A stretch of DNA of 64,000 bases from Lytechinus pictus (Eukaryota), in contig NC_087249.1 of the NCBI RefSeq assembly GCF_037042905.1, positions 8,434,001 to 8,498,000 on the forward strand, written 5' to 3'. Of the stretch, positions 12,841 to 25,501 are shown in pieces. Numbering within the stretch: the first letter of the stretch is position 1; each line of letters opens with the position of its first letter. The translations under genes and the position numbers were made by a program. The notes beneath the pieces were generated by a model. It was not told the origin of the DNA. It saw only the letters and a list, made by a program, of their open reading frames with translations, and searched no databases.

Positions 12841-13588
12841 GTAAGGATAGTTCATAAAAAGGCATTCGATTATTGTTATCGATATTTTCTATAATACTTG
12901 TAGGTATATATATTTTACAATTGAAATAAAAAAGATAGAGAATAATTTACCTGCTCTATACGTATATGCCAAAAACCGTGAGTTACTTTAAGGTGAGAGG
13001 TAAAAAAATGCAACGGTAAACATGTAAGATGAGGTAGAATTTGAAAGGGGTAAAGATCGCTTCTCTCTTTCAGTCTAAAAATGGCAAAGGTAAAATAAGG
13101 GTAAAATTTTGGCTTTAACTTATTTGCTTTACTCTTTTATTGCCAATGTACTCGATCCCTCCTGGTGGCGGTCCACTCGATTGTCATAGGTTTTGCAATT
13201 AATATGGTTCGCTCTTCAGTAATAATCTTGGGTATTTTCTAATTCTTTTCACGGACGGACATTCTTAACCATGTTAACACTAGGTTTCAAACAACTAAAG
13301 GCTAAAAGGTTTTTGATAAAGAGGTACATGTATTCACTCGTAAAGTTCGATATTTTTTCTTTTCTTTCTCTAATCGGGTCTGAAGAAGCTAATTAAGATT
13401 GGAAATTCGTTATACAAATTCTATGTACTTTGTTAATATCAAATTTCTCGAACAGACGTGATAGATAAAGGCATAAATAACTTATGTTGAATTTCGATGA
13501 AAAGACCTTCTTTTAAATCTTATCGTTTCCGTGAATCCTGCTCTTAAATGATCACGCGTCTATCAATCTATCTTTAAATTGAAGGTTG

Positions 13589-14217
13589 TTAAAGGTCAAA
13601 TCAACCCTTGGAAAATGTTGATTTGACTAAATAGAGAAAAATCAAACAAACAGAACGCTGAAAATTTCATCAAGATCGGATGTAAAATGAAAAAGTTATG
13701 GCATTTTGAAGTTTCGCTAATTTTTCACAAAACAGTGATATGCACAACTCAGTGACATGCAAATGGGTCAGTCGATGATGTCCATCACTCTCTTTTTTTT
13801 TTGGTTTTTTATTGTTTGAATTATACATTATTTCATTTTTTTTACATATTCGACAATAAGGACCAACTTGACTGAACCATATAGTATTCCACAATGCTAA
13901 TTCCACATGTTCAGGGAGGAACTAATCGTTGTTTCCCTTGATAATGAGGAGAAAATTAGAATAGTTCATATATCATATAATAAAATACAAAAGAAATAGT
14001 GAGTGGATGATGTCATCGGTCTCCTCATTTGCATACCAACCAGGATGTGCATACGACTGTTTTGTGAAATTAAGCGAAACTTTAAAATGTCATAACTTTC
14101 TTATTTTACATTCGATTTTGATGAAATTTTCAGCATAATGCTTGTCCGATTTTTCTCTATTGATTCCAATCAACATTTTTCTGAGGTGGGCTTGATCGAT
14201 CGGATCAATCGCCTTCA
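13589..14217. mobile_element. Kolobok-like MITE (TTAA AGGTCAA... terminus)
   Basis: About 170-bp imperfect TIRs (CTGAAAATTTCATCAA / TTGATGAAATTTTCAG). A degraded relative lies at about 27690-28220. Confidence 0.7.
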
Positions 14218-14285
14218 TTTGTCAAACGGTGCCGACATGTTTCTATGCCTTCTACATAATGATTTCACCTTTTATGCTTTTCCAG

Positions 14286-14429
14286 CTCCTCTATCACAGT
14301 TGCTCTTGGACCATTGCAACCGACCAAGATTGTTGACTACGCTGTGTGGGTTAGTGGCTGGTATCACCTTCATGGGCACAGCGTTCACGGACAATGTCGT
14401 TCTTTTCGGGTTCCTCTTGTTATTGTCCG
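14286..14429 (+). CDS. SLC16/MCT-like gene B, exon 2 (144 nt)
   Basis: Acceptor ttttccAG, donor G|GTAACA. Encodes APLSQLLLDHCNRPRLLTTLCGLVAGITFMGTAFTDNVVLFGFLLLLS. Confidence 0.9.
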
Positions 14430-14476
14430 GTAACACAATTAATTTCAAATTTTATTTTATCGCTCTTTATTTCTAA

Positions 14477-17400
14477 ACCTTTATCGGGCGCGTATCCAGT
14501 AGGCCAAGAGCATTAGGTGTAACATGGAAATTTTTGTTAACAAGCTGATTTTTTCAGGATAGGTCCAGAAATATGTCTAGAATAACATAGTAAAAGTCCT
14601 CAATATATCCTCCCTGAGGGTTTTCCGTAATCCAAGATGGCGTCCAAAATGGCCGCCATTCACAGAAAATTGACATAACCCACTCGTCATCCACCCTAGA
14701 CATCCAATTTTGGGGCATATTTCATGGTTTAAAGGCGTAAAAAGAGTTAGAGTGAACATAAGCAGACCAGTATACCTACAATTCCAAGATGGCGTCTAAA
14801 ATGGCCGCTAAAGCCTGAAAATCCACAATTTATCGATTACTAATGTTAGTATCTTTAATTTTGTTTTTATTCAGTGGTGTTAAGGGTCAAGTAGTACATT
14901 TGGACAAGTTACAAGGACAGTCAGTGGTCAAGTATGTCCAAAAAATCCAAGATTGCTTCCAAAAATGGGGTCTTAAATTGTTGCTATTACTTACAAATGG
15001 ACATAGTTCATTATTTTTATTTCTGCCTGGGATATATGATTTTGGTGTCAAAACGATTGTCTAAAGGGTCAAATAATATATTATGAAAGTTCAAAGGACA
15101 GTCAGTGGTCCTGCATGTCCAAAAATCCAAAATGGCTTTCAAAAATGGAGTCTAAATTGACTGTTGTTACTGAAAATGGACATACTTCATTAAAAATCTA
15201 CCTGAGAGATTTGATTGTGGTGTCTATACTGTGGTTTAAAGGGTCAAATAATACATTAGGAAAAGTTAAAAGGACAGTCAGTGGTCAAGTATGTCCAAGA
15301 ATCGAAGACGGCTTCTAAAAATGGAGTTTAAAATGGCTGTTTCTACATACTAATGGACATTGTTCATTTAATATCTGCCTGGCAGATATGATTTTGGTGT
15401 GAAAACCATGATTTATAGAGCCAAATAATATATTGCCACAAGTTACAAGGACAGCCAATGGTCCAGTATGTCCAAAAATCCAAGATGGCTTCCAAATATA
15501 AAATCTTAATTGACTGCTGTGACTGAAAAAAAAAAGACAAATTATTAAAAATCCACCTGAGAGATATAATTGTGGTGTCTATACTATGTTTTCAAGGGTC
15601 AAATAATATTTTTTGACTGTTAACAATGATATGCAGTTGTCCATTTTGCCTAAAAATCCCAGATGGCTTCCAAAATGGCGTCTTAATAACTCCCATCACT
15701 TGAAAATAGTGTTAATTCATACAATATCCACCTGTGATGAATAATTGCGGTATCAACGCTTAAATGCATTGGGGAAAACTGATCCTATGACTTATGGTTT
15801 CAGGAGCAGGTAACAGCAGGCATTTTAAAATAATTTTACCCTCATGGATTTTTGGCTCGGTGTAAAAATGGCAGAGGTAAAAATGGCAGAAGTAAAAATG
15901 GCAGAGGTAAAAATGGCAGAGGTAAAAATGGCAGAGGTAATAATGGCAGAGGTAGTAATGGCAGAGGTAAAAATGGCAGAGGTAATAATGGCAGAGGTAA
16001 AAATGGCAGAGGTAATAATGGCAGAGGTAAAATGGCAGGGGTTATAATGGGAGAGGTAAAAATGACAGCTCTAGGTAAAATATGGCCAGTCTTAAAACCC
16101 CATGCAATGAATTGTCAAAAAGCCCCCGCATGTACATACATTAAATAAGTGCATGTCACGGTTAGGCATTTCATCATCATTATGTCTTCATCGGCCTAAC
16201 AATGCTATTTACGAATTCGTTGCAGGTGTACCGTGAACGCTTTTTAAAAAGAAATCAAACGACAGATATTTTTTCATTCAATTTATCAAGAGCAAAATGA
16301 AACTGCACTATTCTCATTCATCATTTTATAACATTCCTTTTTGTCTGGCTGGTGTTTTTTTATATCTAAAGTTTTGCCAGGTTTACCGATGCAAAAAGGA
16401 GGAAGAGTAGACATAAGAGAGGTGGAGAGACAGAGAGGGTTAGGGGGCGGGGAAAAACATATAGAACATAGCGGGGAAAGCTTAGACGTTGAAATTGTCA
16501 AGAATGATTGTGGTTAAATATTATGTCAGAGGTAAAAATGGCAGAGGTAAAAATGGCAGAGGTAATAATGGCAGAGGTAATAATGGCAGAGGTAATAATG
16601 GCAGAGGTAATAATGGCAGAGGTAATAATGGCAGAGGTAATAATGGCAGAGGTAAAATGGCAGGGGTTATAATGGGAGAGGTAAAAATGACAGCTCTAGG
16701 TAAAATATGGCCAGTCTTAAACCCCCATGCAATGAATTGTCAAAAAGCCCCCGCATGTACATACATTAAATAAGTGCATGTCACGGTTAGGCATTTCATC
16801 ATCATTATGTCTCCATCGGCCTAACAATGCTATTTACGAATTCGTTGCAGGTGTACCGTGAACGCTTTTTAAAAAGAAATCAAACGACAGATATTTTTTC
16901 ATTCAATTTATCAAGAGCAAAATGAAACTGCACTATTCTCATTCATCATTTTATAACATTCCTTTTTGTCTGGCTGGTTTTTTTTATATCTAAAGTTTTG
17001 CCAGGTTTACCGATGCAAAAAGGAGGAATAGTAGACCTAAGAGAGGTGGAGAGACAGAGAGGGTTAGGGGGCGGGGAAAGCTTAGACGTTGAAATTGTCA
17101 AGAATGATTGTGGTTAAATATTATGTCCTTATTTGTAATGTCGTCTGTACTATTCACTTTAAATAATTGAATGACAATAAGCATGCGTTCCCAGGCTTGG
17201 CACTGAATATAATATGAAACTGATATTATTAAAATCAATAATAATCTTGCTTTGACTGGTAAACCAATTTGGGGTCGATCGAGGGGGACCGTCTGGTTCA
17301 GATTCTTTGCATAAAAGAAGACCCTGAAACTTTACTACTGCATCCAATATGATATAAACGCCTTGATGGTCATAACCCTTGGAAGCGGAAGTACTGTTGG

Positions 17401-19420
17401 GTATTTTGTACAACATAAGCAGTACCCTCTTGGTAATTAGCTTGGTATGCTAAAATGTAGAGATTTGATACAAATCTCTGTTATTTTTCAAACAGAAGAA
17501 AAAACATTGTTTATTATTTAATTGTTTTTATGTTTGTTGTAATTCTTTTTGACCTAAAAGAACTTCATTTAGTTGAAATATTTTTTTGTTTCATTTTCCC
17601 CCTTAACCAAATCCCCTTTTATTTTGGAGTGAAAACTTTTTTTCTCGGCTTCTTAACAAACCAGCACCCCATTTTCACTAACTTTTCAAAAGTAAGTGGT
17701 GCTCACTCAAGCGGAAATATTTTTCGACAGTTATATCGTCATTTGCTTAAATGGATCTGTACCAATGTAAAAATGTGGAAAAATCTTCAGGATTTTACAT
17801 GCAGGGGCTTTTTGACAATTCATTGCATGGGGGTTTTAAATAAGACTGGCCATATTTTACCTAAAGCTGTCATTTTTACCTCTCCCATTATAACCCCTGC
17901 GATTTTACCTCTGCCATTATTACCTCTGCCATTATTACCTCTGCCATTTTACCTCTGCCATTTTTACCTCTGCCATTTTTACCTCTGCCATTTTTACCTC
18001 TGCAAGTTTTACCTCTGCCATTTTACCACTGCCATTATTACCTCTGCCATTTTTACCTCTGCCATTTTTACCTCTGCCATTTTAACCTCTGCCATTTTTA
18101 CCTCTGCCATTATTACTTCTGCCATTTTTACTTCTGCCTTTTTTACCTCTGCCATTTTCACCTCTGCTATTTTTACCTTTGCCATTTTTACCTGGCACCG
18201 GATTTTTGCACATAATGAAAAGCTGAACATCCTTGTTACTTGTCCTATTTTTGCCAATTCACTTCTCACAGGTGGATATGAAGTATGACCGTTTTTAAGT
18301 GATGAGAGTTACACGCCATTTTGGAAGCCCTCTTGGATTTTAATGCAAAATGGACAATTGCATATCATTGTGAATGGTCCCAAAATATTATTTGACACCT
18401 GAAACTATAGACACCAAAATACTAGTAATATCTCTCACGCGGATGTAAAATATAATAATATCTCTTTGTAAGTAAGAGCAGCCACTTTAGACTCCATTTT
18501 TGGCAGCCATCTTTGATTTGTGGACATACTGGACCACTGAGTGTCCTTTTATCTTCTCGTAATGTATTATTTGACCCTTTAAACCATGGTTTAGACACCA
18601 AAATCATATCTCTCGGGTGGATTCTTAATGAAGTATGTCAATTTTTCAGTAGCAGCAGTCAATTTAGACTCCGTTTTTGGAAGCCATCTTGGATTTTAGG
18701 ACATACTGGACCACTGGCGGCCCTTTTTACATGTCCTGGTGTATTATTTGACCCTTTAAACCATAGTTTAGACAGCACAATCGTATCTCTCGGGTGGATT
18801 TTTAATGAAGTATGTAAATTTTTCAGTAACAGTAATCAATTTAGACTCCATTTTTTGGATGCCATCTTGGATTTTTTTGACAAACCTGCATGACCTCTGC
18901 ATGTAATTTTAACCTGTCCTTATGTATTATCTGACCCTTTAAACCATGGTTGAGACACCAAAATATTATCTACCAGGCAGATAATAGATGAAATATATCA
19001 ATTTTAGACTCCATTTTACAAGCCGTCTTTGATTTTTATGTCAATTTTTCAGGAACAGCAGTCAATTTAGACTTCATTTTTGGACGTCGTCTTGGATTTT
19101 TGGACATACTGGTCCACTGAGTGTCTTTTAGACCTGTCCTAATGTATTATTTGACCCTTCAAACCATGGTTAGACACCACAATCGTATATCCAGCTGGCA
19201 GATATTAAATTAACTATGTCCATTTGTAAGTAATAGAAGCCATTTTAGACCCTATTTTTGGAAGCAATCTTGGATTTTTGGACATACTTGACAACTGACT
19301 GTCCTTGTCACTTGTCCAAATGTACTACTTGACCATTAAAACCATTGAATAGAAACATAATTAAAGATACTAAGCAATAAATGAATTGTGGATTTTTAGG
19401 CTTTGGCGGCCATTTTAGAC
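14477..19420. mobile_element. Outer foldback-type element whose inverted arms are built of about 180-bp tandem units
   Basis: 14794-15737 is an inverted match to about 18265-19420. The unit TGTCCAAAAATCCAAGATGGCTTCC recurs at about 14934, 15116, 15292, 15469 and 15649. The right end is truncated. Confidence 0.75.
15854..18199. mobile_element. TU-like foldback transposon with 15-bp tandem-repeat arms
   Basis: (AAAATGGCAGAGGTA)n at the left end and its complement at the right end. About 80-bp unique inner IR (16060-16134 versus 17797-17878). GGATTTTT(G) direct repeat at 15846 and 18200. Confidence 0.85.
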
Positions 19421-19731
19421 GGCCGATTTTAGCGGCCGATTCTGCATCGGCTTTTGGTCCTGAACCAAAAGCCGATCAAGTGTAAACACGGTAATAGTGA
19501 CTCAATTATGCTTGTGCATGGGCCCATACATTGCTTTGTCATAGTTGGTGCTCGATACGCTATTGTGCCCTCATACATACACAAACCCTGACACACACAC
19601 GCACACAGTGCCGTAAATGGCGAAGCGCGATTTGATTTTTTTTTTCAGATTGAAAATTCTAAGCACTTATAAGCATTGTAATGATAGACAGATTTAGTCC
19701 GGGAGCAAAACCTCATAGGAGCCCTATTTAA

Positions 19732-22700
19732 GGAGTTCGTACAACCCACACCACAGACAAGGTTTTACACCATAGGGGGGGGGGGTATTATGGACCCTCT
19801 AGATTACTGCTAGGTATAGTCTCAAATTGTGGTATCACTTCTAATTACAGTCGAATTTAAAAGCGATGTAAAATAGCAAAAAAATGAAAAAATCAATAAC
19901 CTTTAAGGGTGAGGTGAAATGTAAGTTGACATATCTCCGCTTGTATATGCCATAAATACGTCATTCATGTATCATAATGTTGTTGGGCGATTCCATGCTA
20001 GAAAAATCAGCCATTTTCACAACATTTTTCAAGCTGCTGTCCAAACGAACGAAGAACTTCAATTTTCTTTGTGGTAATATTAAAGTACTACTGGGTAGAC
20101 ATGCAAAAAACTGACAACCAACAAAAACATGTTGTCCATAGGTGATTTAGAGCTTAAAATGTTGCGTGTCGTACGGGACATTTCTGCGTCCCGTACGACA
20201 CACAACATATTCATCTATAATGCACCCATAATCAATTTTTTGTGTGTGTTGGTTATTAGTTTTTCACATGACTACCCACTATAGCTTTATCATTGACAAA
20301 AAAAATAATGATTTATTGCTCAAGCATTTGGCTAGGTAACTAGAAATTGCTGTCAAAATGTCCCGTACGACACGTATGGAATGGCCCTGCTGGGTGACAG
20401 CTCTAACGTTACAGTAACATTTAAAAGTGAAATTTAGATATCGAACCTTCAAAATAAGAATACACTCATGGCCAATATCCACTTCCATCTCAAGTAGATA
20501 AGAAAAAATTGATACGATAAAGTTATTTTGTGTTGTTAAACATGAGGCGCTCTATATAACTACGGTGGGACTAAATATGCGTTTCTCATAACAAAATGAA
20601 GATTTTAACCCCAACATTTCAGATATGTTTTAACTACCATATATGGGCTACTTTTCACATTCTTGTAGTGCCTTTAGTTTGAGATCAAACGCTACGTGAA
20701 TCAATTAGCATTTCTTGTTCACTGGGAATATAATATGATCCCAACCATAATCCATTTTCTTTCTTCAAACCCATTTTTTTTCTTCTAAATTTCTTTAAAT
20801 TGTAAATTATTTTATATGGTTCATTGGCCGAAAGGCCACCCCCTGGGGGCTGCCAAAGTCACCCCATCCTTTTCCGAGAGAGGTGCTGGCAACCTTCTCG
20901 CTCAGGGGGGCTGCCAAAGTCACCCAGCCATTTTCAGTATTTTGTCTATTTATGTAAAAATCTGCCATTTTGGGGGCCCCATTGAGGCAAAAAGAACATT
21001 TCTGCTATGTAGTAAAGCCACGTTTTTGTCATGAAATCACTTGGGGACAAAATAGTAGGCTTTTCTCTATCAACTGCAAGTGCTTGGACATCGAAGCCTT
21101 TATCACACAGAGGGGCTGCCGAAGTTACACACCCATTTTCCGTATTTTGCCCACCGGCGTAACAGGGGTCGGTGGCCAGGGGGGGGGGGGCAAGAGCAAA
21201 AATTTTCCCGGTCATATCATGGCATGAACAGGCGTAATGGTGTAATGAAGCGACGATTTTTAGACGGCCTGATATTGCGTGTCGGGCAGAATTTATCTTT
21301 TAAAAAAAAGTTGCGAGCGAGCGAAGCAAGCGAGCAAAAATTTTGACATTTTTAGTACAAAAATCAAATTTTGTGATAGATTTTGACATGATATCCAAAG
21401 AATAATATATTTCATTCTTCTCTCTTTCCATTCCTTTTTGTGGTCTGTACCCCCACTGTGAACAGGATTCTTTGCGGCAGTAGCGTGAAGAGTACAAAAA
21501 ACAAGGTGCACAGTATGGCGCATGTGCTAAAAAGCTGCTTAATATAAGTCCCGAGCGAGCGAAGCGACCGAGAAAAAAAAATCACCATTTCATGAGAATC
21601 TAACTTTGAGATATTTTTTGACATTATATTCAGTGAATAAAATCATATCCTTCACTCTTCCTTTGCTTTTCTTTCCTCCATTTTTTGCTCTTGGTTGTAA
21701 AACTTTTGGGGCCATGGCCCAACCCTTCCATACTCATATACGGGAGTGCAATGCGGTTGGGGTCTTGATATCAAAGCCATTTAAACCTCGCAGATCAAAT
21801 CGCGGGTATGTACAGAATATAGCTTTAACACAACAAATTTATTCAACCCAGTTGCGTAATCAACCAAATATTTTGAGGGGGCAAAACAAAGCAATGTGGG
21901 AAAATTTGTAACAAGTCGTCAGCGAGCAAAGCGAGCTGCAAAAAAGTGCCTATTGAAATTAAATTCTAATTATGTGATATATTTTTCCATTATATTCAGC
22001 AAATAACACATGTCATCGTTTCCATTAATTTCATTATACGTTGTCTCCTATAATTATCTCCTCTTGGGTGTGGTACCAAGACCCCCGCGCCTATATGCCA
22101 GTGATTGAACGTAAAGTTTAATGTAGGAAGGGTCCCTACAGGGGGGGGGCGTAATAGAGCCATTTTAATGTTATAGATGAAGAGCCCCTACTGCGTGGGG
22201 TCTGGGGCAAAGCCCCGGTAGCTTATTTGCATAAAATTTAGCAAGCTTATAGCACAATGTTGTATACTGTCCATCTTTCTTCCCGCTCTTTACTTTCAAT
22301 CCTCGGCAGCCCGGTCGTGTTATTAAGTTTTTTTCTTGTCCCATTTCTTTGTTTTCCAATTTATCTTTTGACTAATTCCATTCTACCTTCGCTTCCCGCT
22401 ATTGTTTGCCACTTTGTCATCTTTTGATTTATTTCCCATTATGCTACTGCATTACATAGGCCTATTTCGGAATGATTTGTTCTTTCTCAAATGTTCTTAT
22501 TTCGTTCCCTTTCCCCGCTTAATTCCTTCCTTTTTCATTAAAAGAAAATATATTTTCTTCGTTTTCTTTTCACTTTTCCCTTTCCTTTTCCCCTTTCCTT
22601 CCTCTTTCCCTTTCTTTCTCCCTCCTTTTCTCTTTTTCCCGTTTTTTTATTTTCCCGGTGAAATCCGCCAGGGGGGACAGCTTGCCCCACCTGCCCCCCC

Positions 22701-25235
22701 CCCCGCCTGTTACGCCACTGATTTTGCCTATTTATGGGAAAATCTGCCATTTTGGAGCCCCAATGCAGGCAAAAAGCTGTTTCCGCTGTAAACCAACCCA
22801 CTTAAATCGTCTTAAAATTATTGAGAGACAAAAGAGTACTTATTTCTCTATCATTTGCATATAAAGAAAGTGCTAGGAAATCAAAGCCTACCCCCCTCAG
22901 GGGCCTGCCGAAGTTACCCACCCCTTTTCCGTATTTTGCCTATTTATGGAAACATTTTGGAGCCCCTGTTGAGGCCAAAAAGCTATTTCTGTTGTAAAGC
23001 AAGCCACCTAAATCGTCTTAAGACTACTTGGAGATGAAAGAGTAAATTGTAAATTATTTTATATGGTTCATTGGCCGAAAGGCCACCCCCTGGGGGCTGC
23101 CAAAGTCACCCCATCCTTTTCCGAGACTACTTGGAGATGAAAGAGTAGTCTTCTTTATATCAGCTACTATAAGGAAGTGCTAGGAAATTGGAGCCTACTC
23201 CCTCAGGGGGCTGCCGAAATTACTCACCCCTTTTCCGTATTTTGCCTTTATATTTATGGGAAAATCTGCCATTTTGGAGCCCCTACTGAGGCAAAAAGCT
23301 GTTTCCGCTATAAAGCAAACCACCTAAATCGTCTTAAAACTACTTGGAGATAAAAGAGTAGTTATTTCTCTTTTAGCTACATTTAAAAAAGTGCTAGGAA
23401 ATCGAGGTCGTTCCCCTCTGGGGCCTGCCAAAGTTACCCACCCCTTTTTCGTATTTTGCCTATTAATGGGAAAATCTGCTATTTTTTGCCAGTGAGGCAA
23501 AAAGCTGCTTCCGCTGTTTCCGATACAGCAAAAATGTCATTTTGCTCCAATGAGGATGCCAAAAGACGATATTTCCAAATACATGTCAAGTACAAAAAAG
23601 GGTGAGGTAACTTTTAACAGAGTCCTGTAAAAATGAGCTAAAATATGTCAGGATAAAATTTTGAGCAATTATCTCCTAAATAATATGCAGGAGATCAATA
23701 AATATAAAAAGCTGCTTCACTAAAATATGCGTTAAATCTACTCCTAGGTCATTTGCATCATAAGTTCATGCCCTTCTTTATTCTACTTAATTGCTTGCTC
23801 GCCTCTCTATGCTCTTTTCTACTCCTCTCTTCTCTTCCTTTCCCTTCTCTTAGCCCTTTCTCTTTTAATTGTTGTTTACTCATGGTTCTAAATGTTATTA
23901 CGCATTCTTCCATGTATTATTTATCTACTGTATTTTACATTCATTGTTTTCTCTACTATATTAATGATATTATTGATGTGTATATTATACATAATGGATT
24001 AAATGTCAATTGGAATAAAATAGATGTTTAATTGAATGGAAATGAAGTTAAATAATACAACAAAAAACTGCGACATTGCTTCAATTTTGTTCATTTCAAA
24101 TGAATGGGAATACTGTGTATAGTAACATTCATCTGAGAATTGAACTTGATCATTAGAATTTGCAATGTAAACTTTGTTTGAAAATTATCAAGAGATAGAG
24201 ATTCTCACTTCGAAATGTTTGTCGTATCACTGGGCCTATCATCCAGTATCATTTTGATACTTGATATTTAGGTGGCGGAGATCATCTTACTTATGGGAAG
24301 GGGGGATTTGATATAAACAAATACTATGAGGGGGGCAAAACGACTTGAAATTATTTACATTTTATGATGTTCAGTAATGAATACTGCTGTAAAAAATGGG
24401 AGGGGGGATTGGGGCCGTTGACCCCTAAACAAATTTCAAGATAAAAAAATGAAGTTAGAAGAAAGAAAAGGAAAGGAAAATGAGGATATATTATATTTTC
24501 TGGATAATATGTCAATGTCATAATATGTCAACAAACATATTGGTGTATTAAAAACGTATTTTTTGGCTCAATCGCTTCGGTCGCGCACAGTTACTTAGAC
24601 ATTTTGCACCATACTTCATGTCTGGCCCCATCAATTTGATTTTTGAGAGCGGGGTCCTACGCCAGTGGTAATGATTTTGGTTTGGATCAGATTATAACGC
24701 CAGTAAAAAGTAATCCTAATTGATTTAAGCAGCGTTGGATCCCAAACTAACGGCACTACAAAATTGTAAATAGTAGACCGCAAGCTAGTTAGAACATAAT
24801 CTGAAAATGTTTAAAAATCTTCATTTTGCTATGAATAACGTATATTTAATCCAAGTATAGTTAAATACAGCGCCACATATTTAAACACAAAAATCAAATT
24901 ATCGTCTCAATTTTTTAATATCTACTTGAGATGGAAATGGACACTGGCCATCAGTGTATTCCTATTTTGAAGGTCACCCAGCAACAGTTTGATACATGAA
25001 TGACGTATTTATGACATATACAAACGGAGATATGGCAAGTTACATTTCACCCTTCCCTTAAAAGTTATTGATTTTTTTTCATTTTTGCTATTTACATTGA
25101 TGTTTAAATTCAACGGTATTAAATAAAAAGTGATACCACAATTTGAGACTACTACCTACCTAGCAGTGATCTAAAGGGTCAATACTAACTTCCTATGGTA
25201 TTAAACCTTTTCTGTGGTGTGGGTTGTACGAACTC
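19732..25235. mobile_element. 5.5-kb non-autonomous TIR element (about 450-bp TIRs, Kolobok-like left end) with internal about 180-bp repeats and nested MITEs
   Basis: TTAA|GGAGTTCGTACAACCCACACCACAG at 19732 matches CTGTGGTGTGGGTTGTACGAACTC ending at 25235. The left TIR is split by an insert at about 19990-20445. Confidence 0.75.
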
Positions 25236-25501
25236 ATTCCCGACCTTTCGTTGGAGAACGCGAACGCTTATTTGCGACGGTAGTTGATTTTGGAAGAGAC
25301 TTTGGGCCCGTCGTAATGGTCGTAAAACTCTAATGCAAATTGTGTGACATGAGATTTTTTTTCGTTTCGCATCTGGAACAGAAACATTCAATTTGCGTTT
25401 CGGGTGCAAAATTCTGTTTGCTACTATGGTAAAAGCGATTTATCCGATCTAGGACGACTTTCCAAAGCCACATTTGGTTCCTCCCAGAGCTAGAGAGGCC
25501 G

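Noticed and set aside
15844..18288. Repetitive ORFs (VKMAE)n, (NGRGK)n and the 252-aa ORF 17530..18288
   Set aside because: These are translations of the 15-bp transposon arm repeats inside an intron.
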